Below, in pieces: positions 13,665 through 26,485 of a stretch of 64,000 nucleotides of DNA. The notes under the pieces were generated by a model, which was given only the letters and a program-made list of their open reading frames with translations, was not told the DNA's origin and made no database searches. The translations under genes were made by a program, and so were the position numbers. Source of the DNA: Octopus bimaculoides (taxonomy: Eukaryota); the NCBI RefSeq assembly GCF_001194135.2, contig NC_068982.1:1779862-1843861 (forward strand). Reading direction: 5' to 3'. Position 1 is the stretch's first letter. Every line of letters starts with the position of its first letter.

Positions 13665-15009
13665 TATACCGAATGCATATTCATTGTTCTCTATAAACTA
13701 TTCCCCAGAAACGTGTTCAAAAGGATCCACATCGGTTATGCTATGCTATGGGTGCATTCTATTAGAATGGTATCAATGCGTTTGGTATTTGACTTGGAAT
13801 GTATATCTCCAGACAACTGAGTAATCAGTCCTCAGCAGACGTTTGCCATTTTTACCGAAAATTCCAATTATTCCAACCTACATACAGACAACTATAGCAC
13901 ATGTATCTACTTCCATAAATCTTTGTATGTGTAACGGTCTTCCATACACTCTCTATATAAGGGTAAATGATTTGTGTTTTTAAATTTTTATGTATATGCA
14001 GAGTTGAAGAATTGGTGTAACCATGATGTTCTTGTTCTGAAGAGTTAGTCTTCTATGTCAGCAATGATTTGTAAATGTAGAATTGTATGGGACAATGTGT
14101 AGGATGCGTACTAGTACATACATATATAAACAAATACATACATGCATGTGTGTGTACGTACGTACGTATCTATGGATGCATGTCTTAGGCTGTACCCTGT
14201 GTACATTGACTATGTGCAAGGAACTGGGCAAAAGCACATTCGCAGAACTATTTGAACGCCTATGTACACACACGCATATTCTCTAACAGACACACTTTTA
14301 TGTGCGTACAGGAAAACTAAATAAAACATCTATTCTACGCATTCGCTGTTCTTCCTGCCTTCCACAATTCATAGACTATATCTCTCTCAACTTGTCTCTC
14401 TCTTTAACTGTTTCTCTCTTTTTCATTCTAACTCAACTTATTTCAAGGTCAGAATTTCGTCAATTAAAATTTCATCAATTAAAATTTCATCAATTAAATA
14501 GATAGACTTGAAGTTACAAATTAATACATTTGTACTCAAATCTCTGTTGTATATTTTTAGTTATAATACAATTTACTCATTTCTGTTTATATAATCACAT
14601 TAGACGTGACAGTTTTGAAGAAAACATTATTCCAGCAGGAATATTCGTACTAAATTATTATATTTAATACACCACAAGACAGAAATGAAGCCTTTCTGAA
14701 GACATCTCATGTCTTTCCTATTTCATGATTTTAATCATTGTATACTCATACAAACACGCAAACGCGCATACATAATTACAATTTACATGGATGTAAATAC
14801 AGTAGTGTGTACGTTGATGTACATATGTATACATTGTATATTTGCTAACGTATTTATATGTATATTTGCTTACGATGTGTACATCGGTGTGTATGTCTAC
14901 CTATATATAAATGCAATGATTAAACTGTTTCGACAGAGGAAGAGATCTAAATTTCCTACAGCTTGTTTGGCGTGAAAATACTTTGCAACTGTTGGATGTA
15001 GATCAGAAG

Positions 15010-15960
15010 ACTTCTATACATTTCGACGGAATGGCTCGGTATCCAGTAACATTGATTCCAACGAGATATCAGTAGTTTCTTTTCACACATGCTATAGTTT
15101 GCATTTTCCTCCTCTCTAATCCATGCAAATTCCACCCTGATCCGGGTACAGATAGGAGTATTCCTATCCTTGTTAAACTCTTTTCTGAATGATTCTACTT
15201 TAAGGTTTAAATTTTTTTCTCACAACTTTTATATCCATGACCACAAAAAACTGCTTTTCCCTCTTAATTTCATGAATGACTTCACAGCTGTCGTTTCTCA
15301 TTTTTAATATCAAGCAATTTGGACAGTGTAGATTTAGTTAATAGCCCCGGACATCCCACATCTATTTAAAATATCGTACGCAGCCATCTTCATCCTTCCA
15401 ATATCTAGACACCCAGAGGGAAGCAAAGTGCAAGATATCTAGAAAGGAGAGTAATGGGTTTCATACACGGGTTAGCCTTCTCCTTGAGGGACGCCTGGAC
15501 AATGTCCAAAAATTCCTTTATTCTCAGTGGGGTTACTGCGCCTTCGGACACCAACCTGTCTATTTCTACCTCAGATCACAGGACACTTGTGAGGTTTCTC
15601 ATGACTGCTACCGGTTATATGGAATCTAGTACAACCTATTTCCTGCTCTGGTTGGCGATTAGTGAGGAGGTTGCTAGAAATCCAGCAGGATTGAAGGCAA
15701 GACCTGTCAAAAGGATGGACGAACATAGTGTAGGTTTAGCGACTATCGAACAATAGTACGATCTCTGAGAATTTCCAGGTTACGGCTTGCGTGTTGGAAG
15801 CAGGTCTCTAGAAGTTATCTCTGATGTCGAACCACGTATACTGGGAAAAGCATTCCACATTTTGGGGGATCTTTTGCTTGCGTTTGATATGTCACTCCTA
15901 TGTTGCTGAGCTTGCGATCCCTGTTGCCACTTGCTCTGGATTGTCTTTGGATTGGGTCAC
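15010..15960 (-). mobile_element. Degraded L1/Tx1-like LINE fragment
   Basis: Weak motifs EGAVTPLRIKEFL and KPITLLS; many stops. Confidence 0.35.
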
Positions 15961-16639
15961 TTGAGAGCAGAAAGACTGTGAGGTGCTGTGTAAGCCTTTA
16001 CTGGACCTAAAATTTTAGATTAGGCAATCGCCAGTGAGGCAACCATCCGATGCACAGTCGCGTATGCGGGCGCCGCAACAATCATGGAAGGTGCGGATCC
16101 GAACCCGGATGAAGCCGACTTGCTGGCATTTTGCATGGACAGTGGTCAGGGATAGTCTTCCTCTGTCAGAGCGGACAGCAACCATCATAAACACAGTGAG
16201 ATAGGGAGAGAGGGGGGGAGATGGAGAGGGAATGAGAGATAGGGGGAAAAAGAGGGAGAGGGAGGGAGAGAAAAAGAGAGAGAATTGGGGCCAGCGCAAT
16301 GATGTTTAAAAGCTAGCCTTTCTTGTGACTGTAACCATACTATTTAAATGACTGTCTCACGGTCACGTCAGACAGAATCCTCATAGATTCGACACTATTC
16401 ATAGATACGAACGAATTGTTTTCTCATCACTCTCTGCTTTCATCTAAAGCATGTTTTCACTTGTAAGATATTGCTTTCTGACAGTTCTGCTTGGAGCTTT
16501 TTAATTGCTTTGTTTTTCTTACATGTCATATCGTATCAATTCTATTTCTTTTGTCATATTTTTCCAGCCCGTAAGGAAATTAAAGCCGGATTATATTCCA
16601 CATCATCACTATATTTTATTTATTCATTAATTCGCGTAT

Positions 16640-17530
16640 TATTATTATTGTTGTCGGCGAGGTAAGACGTGTTTTCAGCGGTCCGTGAGTTTGGATTTTC
16701 TTGTGCCTTTTTTCAAGTTTCTTGACTGTTTTGTTTGTTTGTTTTCCGAACCCCTTTTGGTGTGCAGAAGGGGTTCTTTTGTTGAAAATATCCTCTTTTT
16801 AGGGGCGAATTTTGGACTTTTTGTCCATTAGAAATATTTCTAGTTTTTCGTCTAACGAAAAACAAGATGGTTTCGAGGGGAGTGGCAGTGGCTGTACTGG
16901 CCGACACAAGACTTCCCGCCTCTGAACAGCACGAGTAGCAGTGCGAATATCACTAGCAGAATCACCACGAACATGGGAAATGAAAAAGTAAGTGAAGAAA
17001 ACACCGCCGGCGTCACCACTGACATGAACACAGTAGACACAAAACAATGACGAACAAAGCGGCAGCAGTTTCGCCTCGGCGGTGAAACAAACCAGAGAGA
17101 GTTAATTCATTTGACTATTGACGATTTTAAAAAATGTAAAGGGTTTGTTGAGGAAGGAAGGAAATGATATTTTCCTTAACGCCCCACAAAAACTGATAAA
17201 AGAAACAGGAAAAACTGTAATCTACAGATCATTAATTATTAAAAAAGAGTGTAGAACGAGCAACTGAACAGCAATTAGAAATTGCGTTAAAACCTGTATG
17301 GACGAGTAAAACATATGTAACAAGAGAAAACCGCTTCGGCACTGTGGAAATACGCTTCGCAACGGAAGAAGAAGCAAAACAGCATTCCACAATACCACTA
17401 AAGACTGAGGAATTCCTGCTCGTGCCGACGTATCTTGGTCGGGGCGTCAGTGAATTAAAAATTGGGGAGGTGCCTCCCGAAATAAATATATGCTGGCTGG
17501 TGGCGGCTGTCCCCTTTGATATAGAAGATG
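16640..17530 (+). mobile_element. 5' end / ORF1 remnant of a LINE (Tx1-like), cut by a SINE
   Basis: EIRFATEEEAKQHSTIPLKTEEFLLVPTYLGRGVSELKIGEVPPE recalled as an octopus LINE ORF1-type sequence; family assignment is inference. Confidence 0.5.
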
Positions 17531-17532
17531 AA

Positions 17533-17660
17533 AGGATGAAAGTTAAAGTCGACCTTTCATCCCCGAAAGAATGAAAGGCAAAGTCGACCTCGGCGGAATC
17601 TGAACTGAGAACGTAGCGGCAGACGTAATACCGCGAAGCATTTCGCTCGCAGCCTTAATC
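17533..17660 (-). mobile_element. SINE family B (partial)
   Basis: ATGAAAGGCAAAGTCGACCTCGGCGGAATCTGAACT matches the family B reverse complement. Confidence 0.8.
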
Positions 17661-17948
17661 TTCTGAAACATTCGATAGAATAATACTATGTGCAAAACCA
17701 AATGTACGGCACCCTAGGCATAACACCAACATGAACTTTTAACTTGTCTGTTCAGGTCTTTCGGCGAGACTTGGAGTCAACCCTTTCAGCTCATGAAACT
17801 AATTGCAGCAGATAAAAAAACATATATTGTGTTTATTATATAACTTTTATCGCTCACCAGGTGGAGTACTCTTTTGTTGGTCCTTCAGTATACTATATAA
17901 GGGGGCTGGTTGTCTTCGCCTTATGCAGAGTCTGACCACTCCCTGTAC

Positions 17949-18359
17949 CTACACCTTAGATCCATCATGGCGTCTGGTGTGGCTTTCTAAACAAGAGAAT
18001 GTATTGAAAAGACATCCACATAGATTGCATGTCCAATTTGGACCACTTACAGCTGCAGCTAAGTTCTGATCTTTGTAGATCTAAAACCGTCTTCTGAGGC
18101 CTCAGTTAGAATTACAGATCTTATGGCATACACGGCATTGAAAGGTGTGCACAGATTTATAGGCAGAATAGTTGGTGGAAGTTCGTTTTTCATGGGTCCG
18201 CAAATGAGATTTGAGCGCAACAAAAGAAAAGCATGGTCTGTCGCAAACTGTTCACACCAAAAGGTCTCTGACATTCACCTCATCGATCGCAACATTCTTC
18301 TTTAAATCTCCCTTGAGTCTTGCATCTGTTAACCTGGCCTCCTGAAAAACCTTCACTCC
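17949..18359 (-). pseudogene. RTE-like LINE ORF C-terminus with three C2H2 zinc fingers (3 internal stops)
   Basis: One frame: GVKVFQEARLTDARLKGDLKK..V*TVCDRPCFSFVALKSHLRTH..FQCRVCHKICNSN*GLRRRF*..WTCNLCGCLFNTFSCLESHTRRH. Confidence 0.75.
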
Positions 18360-18385
18360 ACTTCACACACACACACACACACACA

Positions 18386-18418
<33 letters not shown>

Positions 18419-18419
<1 letters not shown>

Positions 18420-18650
18420 TTTCTGTGTCTATCCGTCACTGCTCGACTACCAGAGTTGGCGTTTTTCCGACCCCGTTAATTAGCGGATCGATAAATGAGA
18501 CTGATGCAATAATTTCCAGGCTAAAAAGTGTGTAGGGGGCGATTAAATCGACTAAATTTCTTTAAAGGAGTGCCTCAGCACAGCCCTCGCACGGCCTCAG
18601 CACGGCCTCAGCACGGCCGCAGTCTAATGACGGAATCAAGTAAAAGATAG
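18419..18650 (+). mobile_element. SINE family A, 3' half, degenerate
   Basis: Central and tail homology; local expansion of CCTCAGCACGG. Confidence 0.65.
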
Positions 18651-20041
18651 TAATAGTAATAGTAATAGTAATAGTAAAGATAGTAATAGTAACCTTTTTA
18701 TTTTCTTGCAAATTTCACTTCATTCAAGATGACAAGCGATGTCTTATTCAGCTCCTCTTGTTACTCTCTTCAAAGCACGTTTTTCATGCCGATATCGACT
18801 TAAAGATGCACAATACCCAATATAAACTGCTTTCGCCTCAGAAGTTTCGGAGGACCTCCCTAGCAGTATGGGCAGAGCCGATTGCACTGAAAATTCCATA
18901 AAAGGTGAAAATAAATATAAGACGAAACAAATATAATTCATCAAGTAACAGAATAAATAATAAAAAAAATAACATCGAAGTCACTTTTCTCAAAGCAGTT
19001 ACTGTCTGTCGAACTTAGCAATAAAGGTCTTTGAACTGATCAGCAAATATTTTCCACTCCAGCCAGAAATGACTCATGCACTTTTGCAAGAATATTCTCA
19101 GAATAGTTCTGCAATCCAATATATACAATCCAATATATACAATCCAATATATACAATCCAATATATACAATTCGTTAAAGAATGATGATACTAATTCTAT
19201 ATCCGATCGACATTCTACTTCGCCTGAACTCTCTCTATCTCTATTGTTTTTTGCATCTGTCTCTCTTCAGGTGATGTCTGAAATTCAAATAACAATCCTT
19301 GATTAGTATTCACATCTTTAGAATACTCAGCTGCTTACTTGTTATTTGTACCACTAAATCCTAATCGTCGCTTCCCACTGTGAATCCGACATCACCATCC
19401 GACATCACCATCCATAACACCAGACTGGACCAGCAGTTTAAAGCGGACAGAGACAAAGTATGTAATTTCATTACAATATCGAAAAAAGGTTCAAGAAGAA
19501 ATTCTAAAGAAATACCCTACAAATATAGGCGGCGAAATGGTTGTGGACGGTGAGTAGCATAGATGTTAGAGTGCCGGACGAAATATATAGAAAGAACTCA
19601 TATTTGAAAACTATACGAATTTCCGACTTATCCATCTCTAAACAAAAACAGCAAAAAAAAAAAACGATTTATACACACATTATAAAACGCAAAATGAGTT
19701 GGAATAAAGGAATAGATGTGTCAGCTTTCTAACAAAAAATTAAGATTATCAAAATATAATAATGGCGCAAAATGAGCAGCTGTCAAAGTTTACCATTTAC
19801 CTTACTACAAATTTCATACTTGACGACCTAACAAAAGGAAGTAGCTACTTTCTCACAATAAAACAAAACTCCATCTTTCCTATGTGCATGACAAAAATGT
19901 TACACGTTGAACTTGAATGAAATCACGATTATAGACAACCGGAATGTGAACATCATTTATTGCTATGGTTGGTGTGCGTTCGTGTAACGCGAGTGTTTAA
20001 AGTACGGCAGCGTGTACACAGGTATCTTCTATGGTTTGTAG

Positions 20042-20085
<44 letters not shown>

Positions 20086-20885
20086 CTCTGAATGTTTGTG
20101 TGTATGTGTATGTGTGTGTGTATGTGTGTATATCTTTGTGTGTGTGTGTATGTGTCAGTGCATGTGTGTTTGTGTGTGTATGTATCTCTGTATGTGTGTA
20201 TCTATGTGTGTGTGCGTGTGCGAGTACGTGTGGGCTTGTATTTGTGTGCATCCGTGTATGCATATAGGCAGCGGAAACAGAATCCCTTCGGTGAGATATT
20301 TCCTGCCTTTCTGAGTGAGAAAATAGATTTTATTGTATTTAACATAAAACTTTGGAGAAGAGACAATCGTCATGGACAGGAAAACAATGACTTATTTAGA
20401 AGAAATGGCAGACGACGGAGTATCGCCCGTTGTTAACAGTGACGTCTATGAGATTGTCAACAAAGTTATCGACTTGTCACTGGCCTGTTTAGCCTAACAA
20501 TAATCTGCATAACAGGCTTTTGAGGTGCGGAGGAAACGGTTAGAAAAAAAAAAAGAGATCGTTTCATAACTGGGTCCGTTGAAAATAGTGGTTTAGAGGA
20601 GAATTGAGCACGTGTGAAAGCTGCGAGAAAAATGGGGGAAAGGAGCGGGATGGAAGAAGGGCTGTCAACCAGTAAATCACACAAGTTTCAGCCACGATTT
20701 AAAGAATGGATGTTAAGATGAGAGACGCATTAAACGTTAATGGGTTGTGGGCGAAGGGCGAGGAGAGGAGAAGGGAAGAAGGAGAGCAGGAGCGGATTGA
20801 CTTGAGAAGGATGTGGAGTAAGATGTCGGAGGTGCTGCTGCCTGTTGGCGTAGATGAAAGGGGCTTTGATTATAGTAGTGGCGTA

Positions 20886-21771
20886 TATACGTTGTATAAA
20901 AACTAAATAATACGTGGTCTGTTGCTATAGTAACAAAGCTAAAGCACGCAGAGTAAAGTCGCTTGGTACAGATTGACCTTAAACACTGATGTGCATGCGC
21001 ACTAAATCTTAACGCTTTATCTTACTTACGCTGTTTACAGCAGTGCTTAGAAGGAACATGAGTAGCGTGTGTTCGTCGCATTGAACAGGACAGAGAAAGT
21101 TGAGCAAAGAACCTGCATCGAATTTTGCCAAAAGTTTGACGATACCGGCTCAGAGGCCTATGCAAAGTTTTCAAAAAGTTTTTCTTATTCTTGACACAAT
21201 CAAGGAGATCGTGTGCAACTGAAACCCGAGTGTCTTTTTGATCAGCTAAAAGCAGTTTCGGCACAACCTTGTCAGACACTTATCTCATACCCAAATCTCC
21301 AATGATAATGGACTGAACTGAACCGTAACTAGTCTGCACATCCTCCTGATAGCTCACGGATTTCTCCTCACAGTTGCACGCACATCTGCGATGTTTTTCT
21401 CAGTTCTGTTGGTTGCGGGTCTCCCAGAACGTTTGTCAATATCGACATTCCTTTCGACCTTCTTGGAAACGTTTCAACCACTCAGACACTTGTGTGTGGC
21501 TCATGCACTCCTCTCCATCAACTTTCTGCCACTTTGCGTTGGCCTCTGAACAGGTATTGCCATGACAACTTTCTCTGTCATGGTCAATGCGACTATCACA
21601 CACTATACACCTTCCCACCAAGCACTACAGCGGAAGTGAGATAGAACGTTGAAACTTAGTGCGCATGCACAGCAAAGTTTAAGATAAGTTTTTTCCCAAG
21701 TGGCTTTACTCTACGGACTTTAGCTTCGTTACTATGACAACAGTCCGCATACTTATTGATCAGACCTCATA
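20886..21771 (-). mobile_element. Internally deleted mariner element with ~120-bp inverted termini
   Basis: Right end reverse complement TATGAGGTCTGATCAATAAGTATG; inverted homology 20915-21036 vs 21630-21747; transposase pieces QKVDGEECMSHTQVSEWLKRFQEGR and KVVPKLLLADQKDTRVSVAHDLLDCVKNKKNFLKT. Confidence 0.85.
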
Positions 21772-23477
21772 TTTAAGACAGGGTTTTAAAACTGTCGCCG
21801 CATCAAAAGAGACGATAGTGGAGAAGGAATTTTGGGTACGATAGAGAAGTTTGATGTTTGCCGGAGGATGTTATAGAAGATAGAAGAATTGATTGGGAAT
21901 TTGGGGATTCCATGAAAACTGAGACACCTGAAAATTGTCAGAAATGATTGGAATGGAGAGAGTGAAATGGATTTGAAGGCGGAAAACGGAGTTATGGAAG
22001 GTGATTAACGATTTGAACAGTTCGATGGTTCAGGTGGTGTTGCCAATAGAGTCGTTGATAAAACTATTGTGTGTTTCCCCCGCATGGAGAAGGTACGGCT
22101 GTGACTACATTTAGTATCCATGAATTGGGCTGAATTCAGCAATTAAAGCATTGCAAATAAATCAGCATCGGCCAAAGAGACTGAGAGTTGACAGCGTGCA
22201 AATGAATTTCTTTTAAAAGGAATTTGTTCATTACAATTGCAGGCTGACTAAAAATGATTGTTATTTTGATAGATTCAGTAAATATGTCAACTAAAATGTC
22301 CTCATTATATTTAAGCAGGTCCATCCACAACAACATCTTACTTCATGCATAAGCTCGCAAAAAGTGCATCTTCTAATATACATCTTCTAATATAAGCACG
22401 GCAGCTTAACAATTGACGAGTAGTCGTCTTTCATGTATACTTATAAGAAACTTGAAAGATGTACACATTTCGAACTTACATGCAAATGTCAACAGATAGC
22501 CTCAGCTTTTAACGATACCGGAAAAACATGAATTATGTGCACAGCTCAAACAATTGCTATTGTTTTCTCTAAGGCCCTTCTGCAAAGTACGAAATCCAAG
22601 AGCAGAAATTTTCAAAATAAAAAGGTAGTCTTTTTTACTTCCTTCAGCCGTCCAAATGCAGCCAGGCTCAGGCATTGCCTTGTAGGGTTTTAGTCAAACA
22701 AATCGACCAAATACCTTATTAATACCTTATTATTTAACACACTCACCGATAAAGTTTCCACTCATTTACTTATTTATTTATGCTTTTAGGAAAAATATAA
22801 AAGTAAATGGGTTGAAACTTTACCAGTGAGTGTGTTAAATAATAAGGCATTAAAAGAGAATGACTCTCCCCAGACACAAGAAAATATGTTTCAACACACG
22901 AACTCACATAAAGAATCTTGCAAACCGAATCCAAAAACGAAATATATATATATATATATANNNNNNNNNNNNNNNNNNNNNNNNNNNNNNNNNNNNNNNN
23001 NNNNNNNNNNNNNNNNNNNNNNNNNNNNNNNNNNNNNNNNNNNNNNNNNNNNNNNNNNNNNNNNNNNNNNNNNNNNNNNNNNNNNNNNNNNNNNNNNNNN
23101 NNNNNNNNNNNNNNNNNNNNNNNNNNNNNNNNNNNNNNNNNNNNNNNNNNNNNNNNNNNNNNNNNNNNNNNNNNNNNNNNNNNNNNNNNNNNNNNNNNNN
23201 NNNNNNNNNNNNNNNNNNNNNNNNNNNNNNNNNNNNNNNNNNNNNNNNNNNNNNNNNNNNNNNNNNNNNNNNNNNNNNNNNNNNNNNNNNNNNNNNNNNN
23301 NNNNNNNNNNNNNNNNNNNNNNNNNNNNNNNNNNNNNNNNNNNNNNNNNNNNNNNNNNNNNNNNNNNNNNNNNNNNNNNNNNNNNNNNNNNNNNNNNNNN
23401 NNNNNNNNNNNNNNNNNNNNNNNNNNNNNNNNNNNNNNNNNNNNNNNNNNNNNNNNNNNNNNNNNNNNNNNNNNNNN

Positions 23478-23518
<41 letters not shown>

Positions 23519-23522
23519 ATAT

Positions 23523-23680
23523 ATACGACGGTCTTCTTTCACCTTCCATCGACCAAATTCACTCACAAGGCTTCGCTCGGTGCGAGGCTTTAGTAGAATA
23601 CACCTGCCTAAAGTGTCCCGAAGTAGGACTAAACCTGGAACTATGTGGTTGATAAACAAGCTTCTTACCATACAGTCATG
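23523..23680 (-). mobile_element. SINE family A 5' half
   Basis: Reverse-complement homology to the head. Confidence 0.75.
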
Positions 23681-23683
23681 CTT

Positions 23684-23895
23684 GGTTTCAAATTCTGGCA
23701 CAAGGCCAGCAATTTTAGTGGAGGAGTTAAGTCGATTACATCGACCCCAATACTCAGCTGGTACTCACATTATCAACCCCGAATGGATAAAATTCAAAGT
23801 CGACCTCAGTGGAATTTGAACTTAAAACGTAAAAACGGGCGAAATACTGTGAAGCAATTAACCAGGCGTGCTATTCATTCTGCCAGCTCACCGAA
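23684..23895 (-). mobile_element. SINE family B
   Basis: AAAGTCGACCTCAGTGGAATTTGAAC..CTGCCAGCTCACC. Confidence 0.8.
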
Positions 23896-25226
23896 CCATT
23901 TTGCTACCAGCAATGATATTTTGCATACTCCATGTTGATATCAAATGTATATATATGCCTGTATGTATGTATGTATGTATGTATGTATGTATGTATGCAT
24001 GCATGTATGTATGTATGTATGTGTGTGTGTACCTATGTATGGGCGTGTGTGTGAAATAATCACACACACACTCGCTGTTTGCATTTTCTGCTGTTTACGT
24101 ATTTTTCCATAAATAGTAAGTTATCTTTGTCAGTTCTGTTTTTCCCCCCTCTATCATGCTTGGCATGATCTAGCGATGTAAAATGCAGATGTCTTACTCA
24201 AAGATGTACATAAGAAACTTACTACGACTGCTCAATAAACACTAAAGGATATCTAAACATTCATTTTTGTTTTTGTTTTCATTATAATGTGCTTATGTTT
24301 TCTAACTCCTGTTTATTCTCATAAAATGCGTTTAACTTTTGCATGCATTACTATCGGCTATAATAGTGTTATGCTGACATTGAGAATAAATTTTGGATGC
24401 AAGTCTGAAAATGTTTGAAGAATATTTTAAGAAAGAAAATGTTCTCAGTATCTCTTGTTTTGTTTATCTTTATTTCTTCTTTAGTTTCCTAGTTTAATTT
24501 TATGTTCTGCTTTCTTAAACCGACATCGGCACGTTTATATCATGACTATTCTAATAAATGTCTCCAGTTGGGACTCAAGGTCTATCATAGAAGAAATTCT
24601 TGAAAAGATGGTATTAGTTGATATCATCGGAAGTTATTTCATGGAAAGGATGAAAGTTGATCTCGATGCGATTTAAGCTTAGAATGTAAAGAACCGAAGT
24701 TCTAACGATTCTGTCTTCAAAAATATTTCATTTTGTCACTAGATTCAACCTACTTAGGCTTACCGTTTAATTTAGTTTTCTTGTATTTGGTGCTTAATTA
24801 TACGTTGTATGTAAACAGTGATTTTTTTTTCTAGATTATACATTTTCGTTAATATTTTAAAACGTTGACCCGTGTGAATCAAAAAATAATTCTGATAGTG
24901 TCCCTTGTTCCCCTTTGAGTTCAAATTATATTTTCCCTGGACCCCTACTTTCGTTACATTATATATTTCTTGGTCCGTGTTAATGATTCTATATTTACGT
25001 CAGTGGCATAAAAAAGTCGAAATTCTGTAATACTTTCTTGGATATCAATGATATTTCTTTCCGCAATATCTCTAAGCTAACTTTTCTTTGATGATATCCA
25101 TTACAGAATCAACTGAGTGTGTGTGTGTATGTATGTATGTATGTATGTATGTATGTATGTATAACAAAAGCGGTACTGTCTTTCCAAGAAGGGAAAAATA
25201 TAGGCAAATTTGTGGTTGAAAATGCA

Positions 25227-25785
25227 CCTAAATTAGAAAAACTTGTAATTGTTTGAAATATATTTATTTATAAATATACCAATCTAGTTTCAACAATATG
25301 TTCTGTTTATCAATGGTAAAAATTTAGAATTATGAATTCTTTAACGAATCAAAAATCGAATCCGCTCCGGGAAAAAGAATTATAAATACACTGGATTCCA
25401 AAACACCTTTACAAGCAAAACTTCCTCCACACGACGGAAAGAGAATCACAAAAACTGTAAACCGAATCCCTTCTTTTACTATCTTCATTTCCCCCTTGTT
25501 GTTTCTCCCTCTTAACTCCGTATGACTGAAACTTTGATGATATTTATTTCTTGTCGATCACTAAACACTTTTGAACTTTCTACATTTAAACAAGTTGATG
25601 CACAGTTTTTTTATTATTGAGTGTTATGAACATTTAAACTTGTCAACATTGAAACTTTTAAACATGTTTTTCTAAGTCATAATTCTAAATTTTTACCATT
25701 GATAAACAAAAAATATTGTTGAAACTAGTTTGGTGTCTATGTAAGTAAATGTGTTTTAAGCAATTACAAGTTTTTCAAATTTAGG
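25227..25785. mobile_element. MITE-like element with ~108-bp inverted repeats
   Basis: 25227-25335 is the reverse complement of 25677-25785 (mostly matching, scattered mismatches). Confidence 0.75.
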
Positions 25786-25879
25786 ATATATATATATCTG
25801 CGCATGTGTTAATCATATATATATATATATATATATACATGTGCGTATGTTAATCATATATATATATATATATATATAT

Positions 25880-26449
25880 GATTAACATACAGTGAGGACG
25901 AGTAACCAACCAAAAACTCGAGTCCGTGTGTATCACGTAAGGCTAGAGACTGGAGCGATGACCTCCCCTCGCAAATACTAATCGGACAAAGACTGTATCG
26001 TTTGCCAGCTGGAGGAGATGTCTTCCTGGAACTATAAACGTCAGTAGCACTGTCCTGTATAGGACGCCACACTTAGCTGGCAAATATATGTTTAATTCCG
26101 TACCGCTACTGTTTATATCTAGCTCAGAGATTTAATATAACATATCTCTCTCTTTTACGAGATCAGCGACAGTTGGTCACTAGAAAAGTATGCAGTAATT
26201 TGCGAGTGGAACGAGCTTTCATCACTAGCTAGTGATTAACACGCGCCAAGGACGAGTAAACCACCCAGAAACTCGAGTCCGTTTGTATTACGTAAGGCTA
26301 AAGATGGGATCAATGACCTCCCCTCGCAAATGCTAATCAGACACAGAATGTGTGTCGTTAACCAGCTGGAAGAGATGTCTTCCTAGGACTATAAATGTCA
26401 GTAGCACTATCCTGTATGGGATACCACACTTGGTTGGCAAATATATGTT
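25880..26449 (+). repeat. Two diverged ~215-bp direct repeats (25880-26092, 26234-26449)
   Basis: Colinear alignment by eye across the whole unit; ~140-bp spacer. Confidence 0.9.
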
Positions 26450-26450
26450 A

Positions 26451-26485
<35 letters not shown>

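Noticed and set aside
20360-20495. Short protein-like frame TIVMDRKTMTYLEEMADD..VYEIVNK
   Set aside because: Too short; may be a decayed Penelope-like RT N-terminal piece, not verifiable by eye
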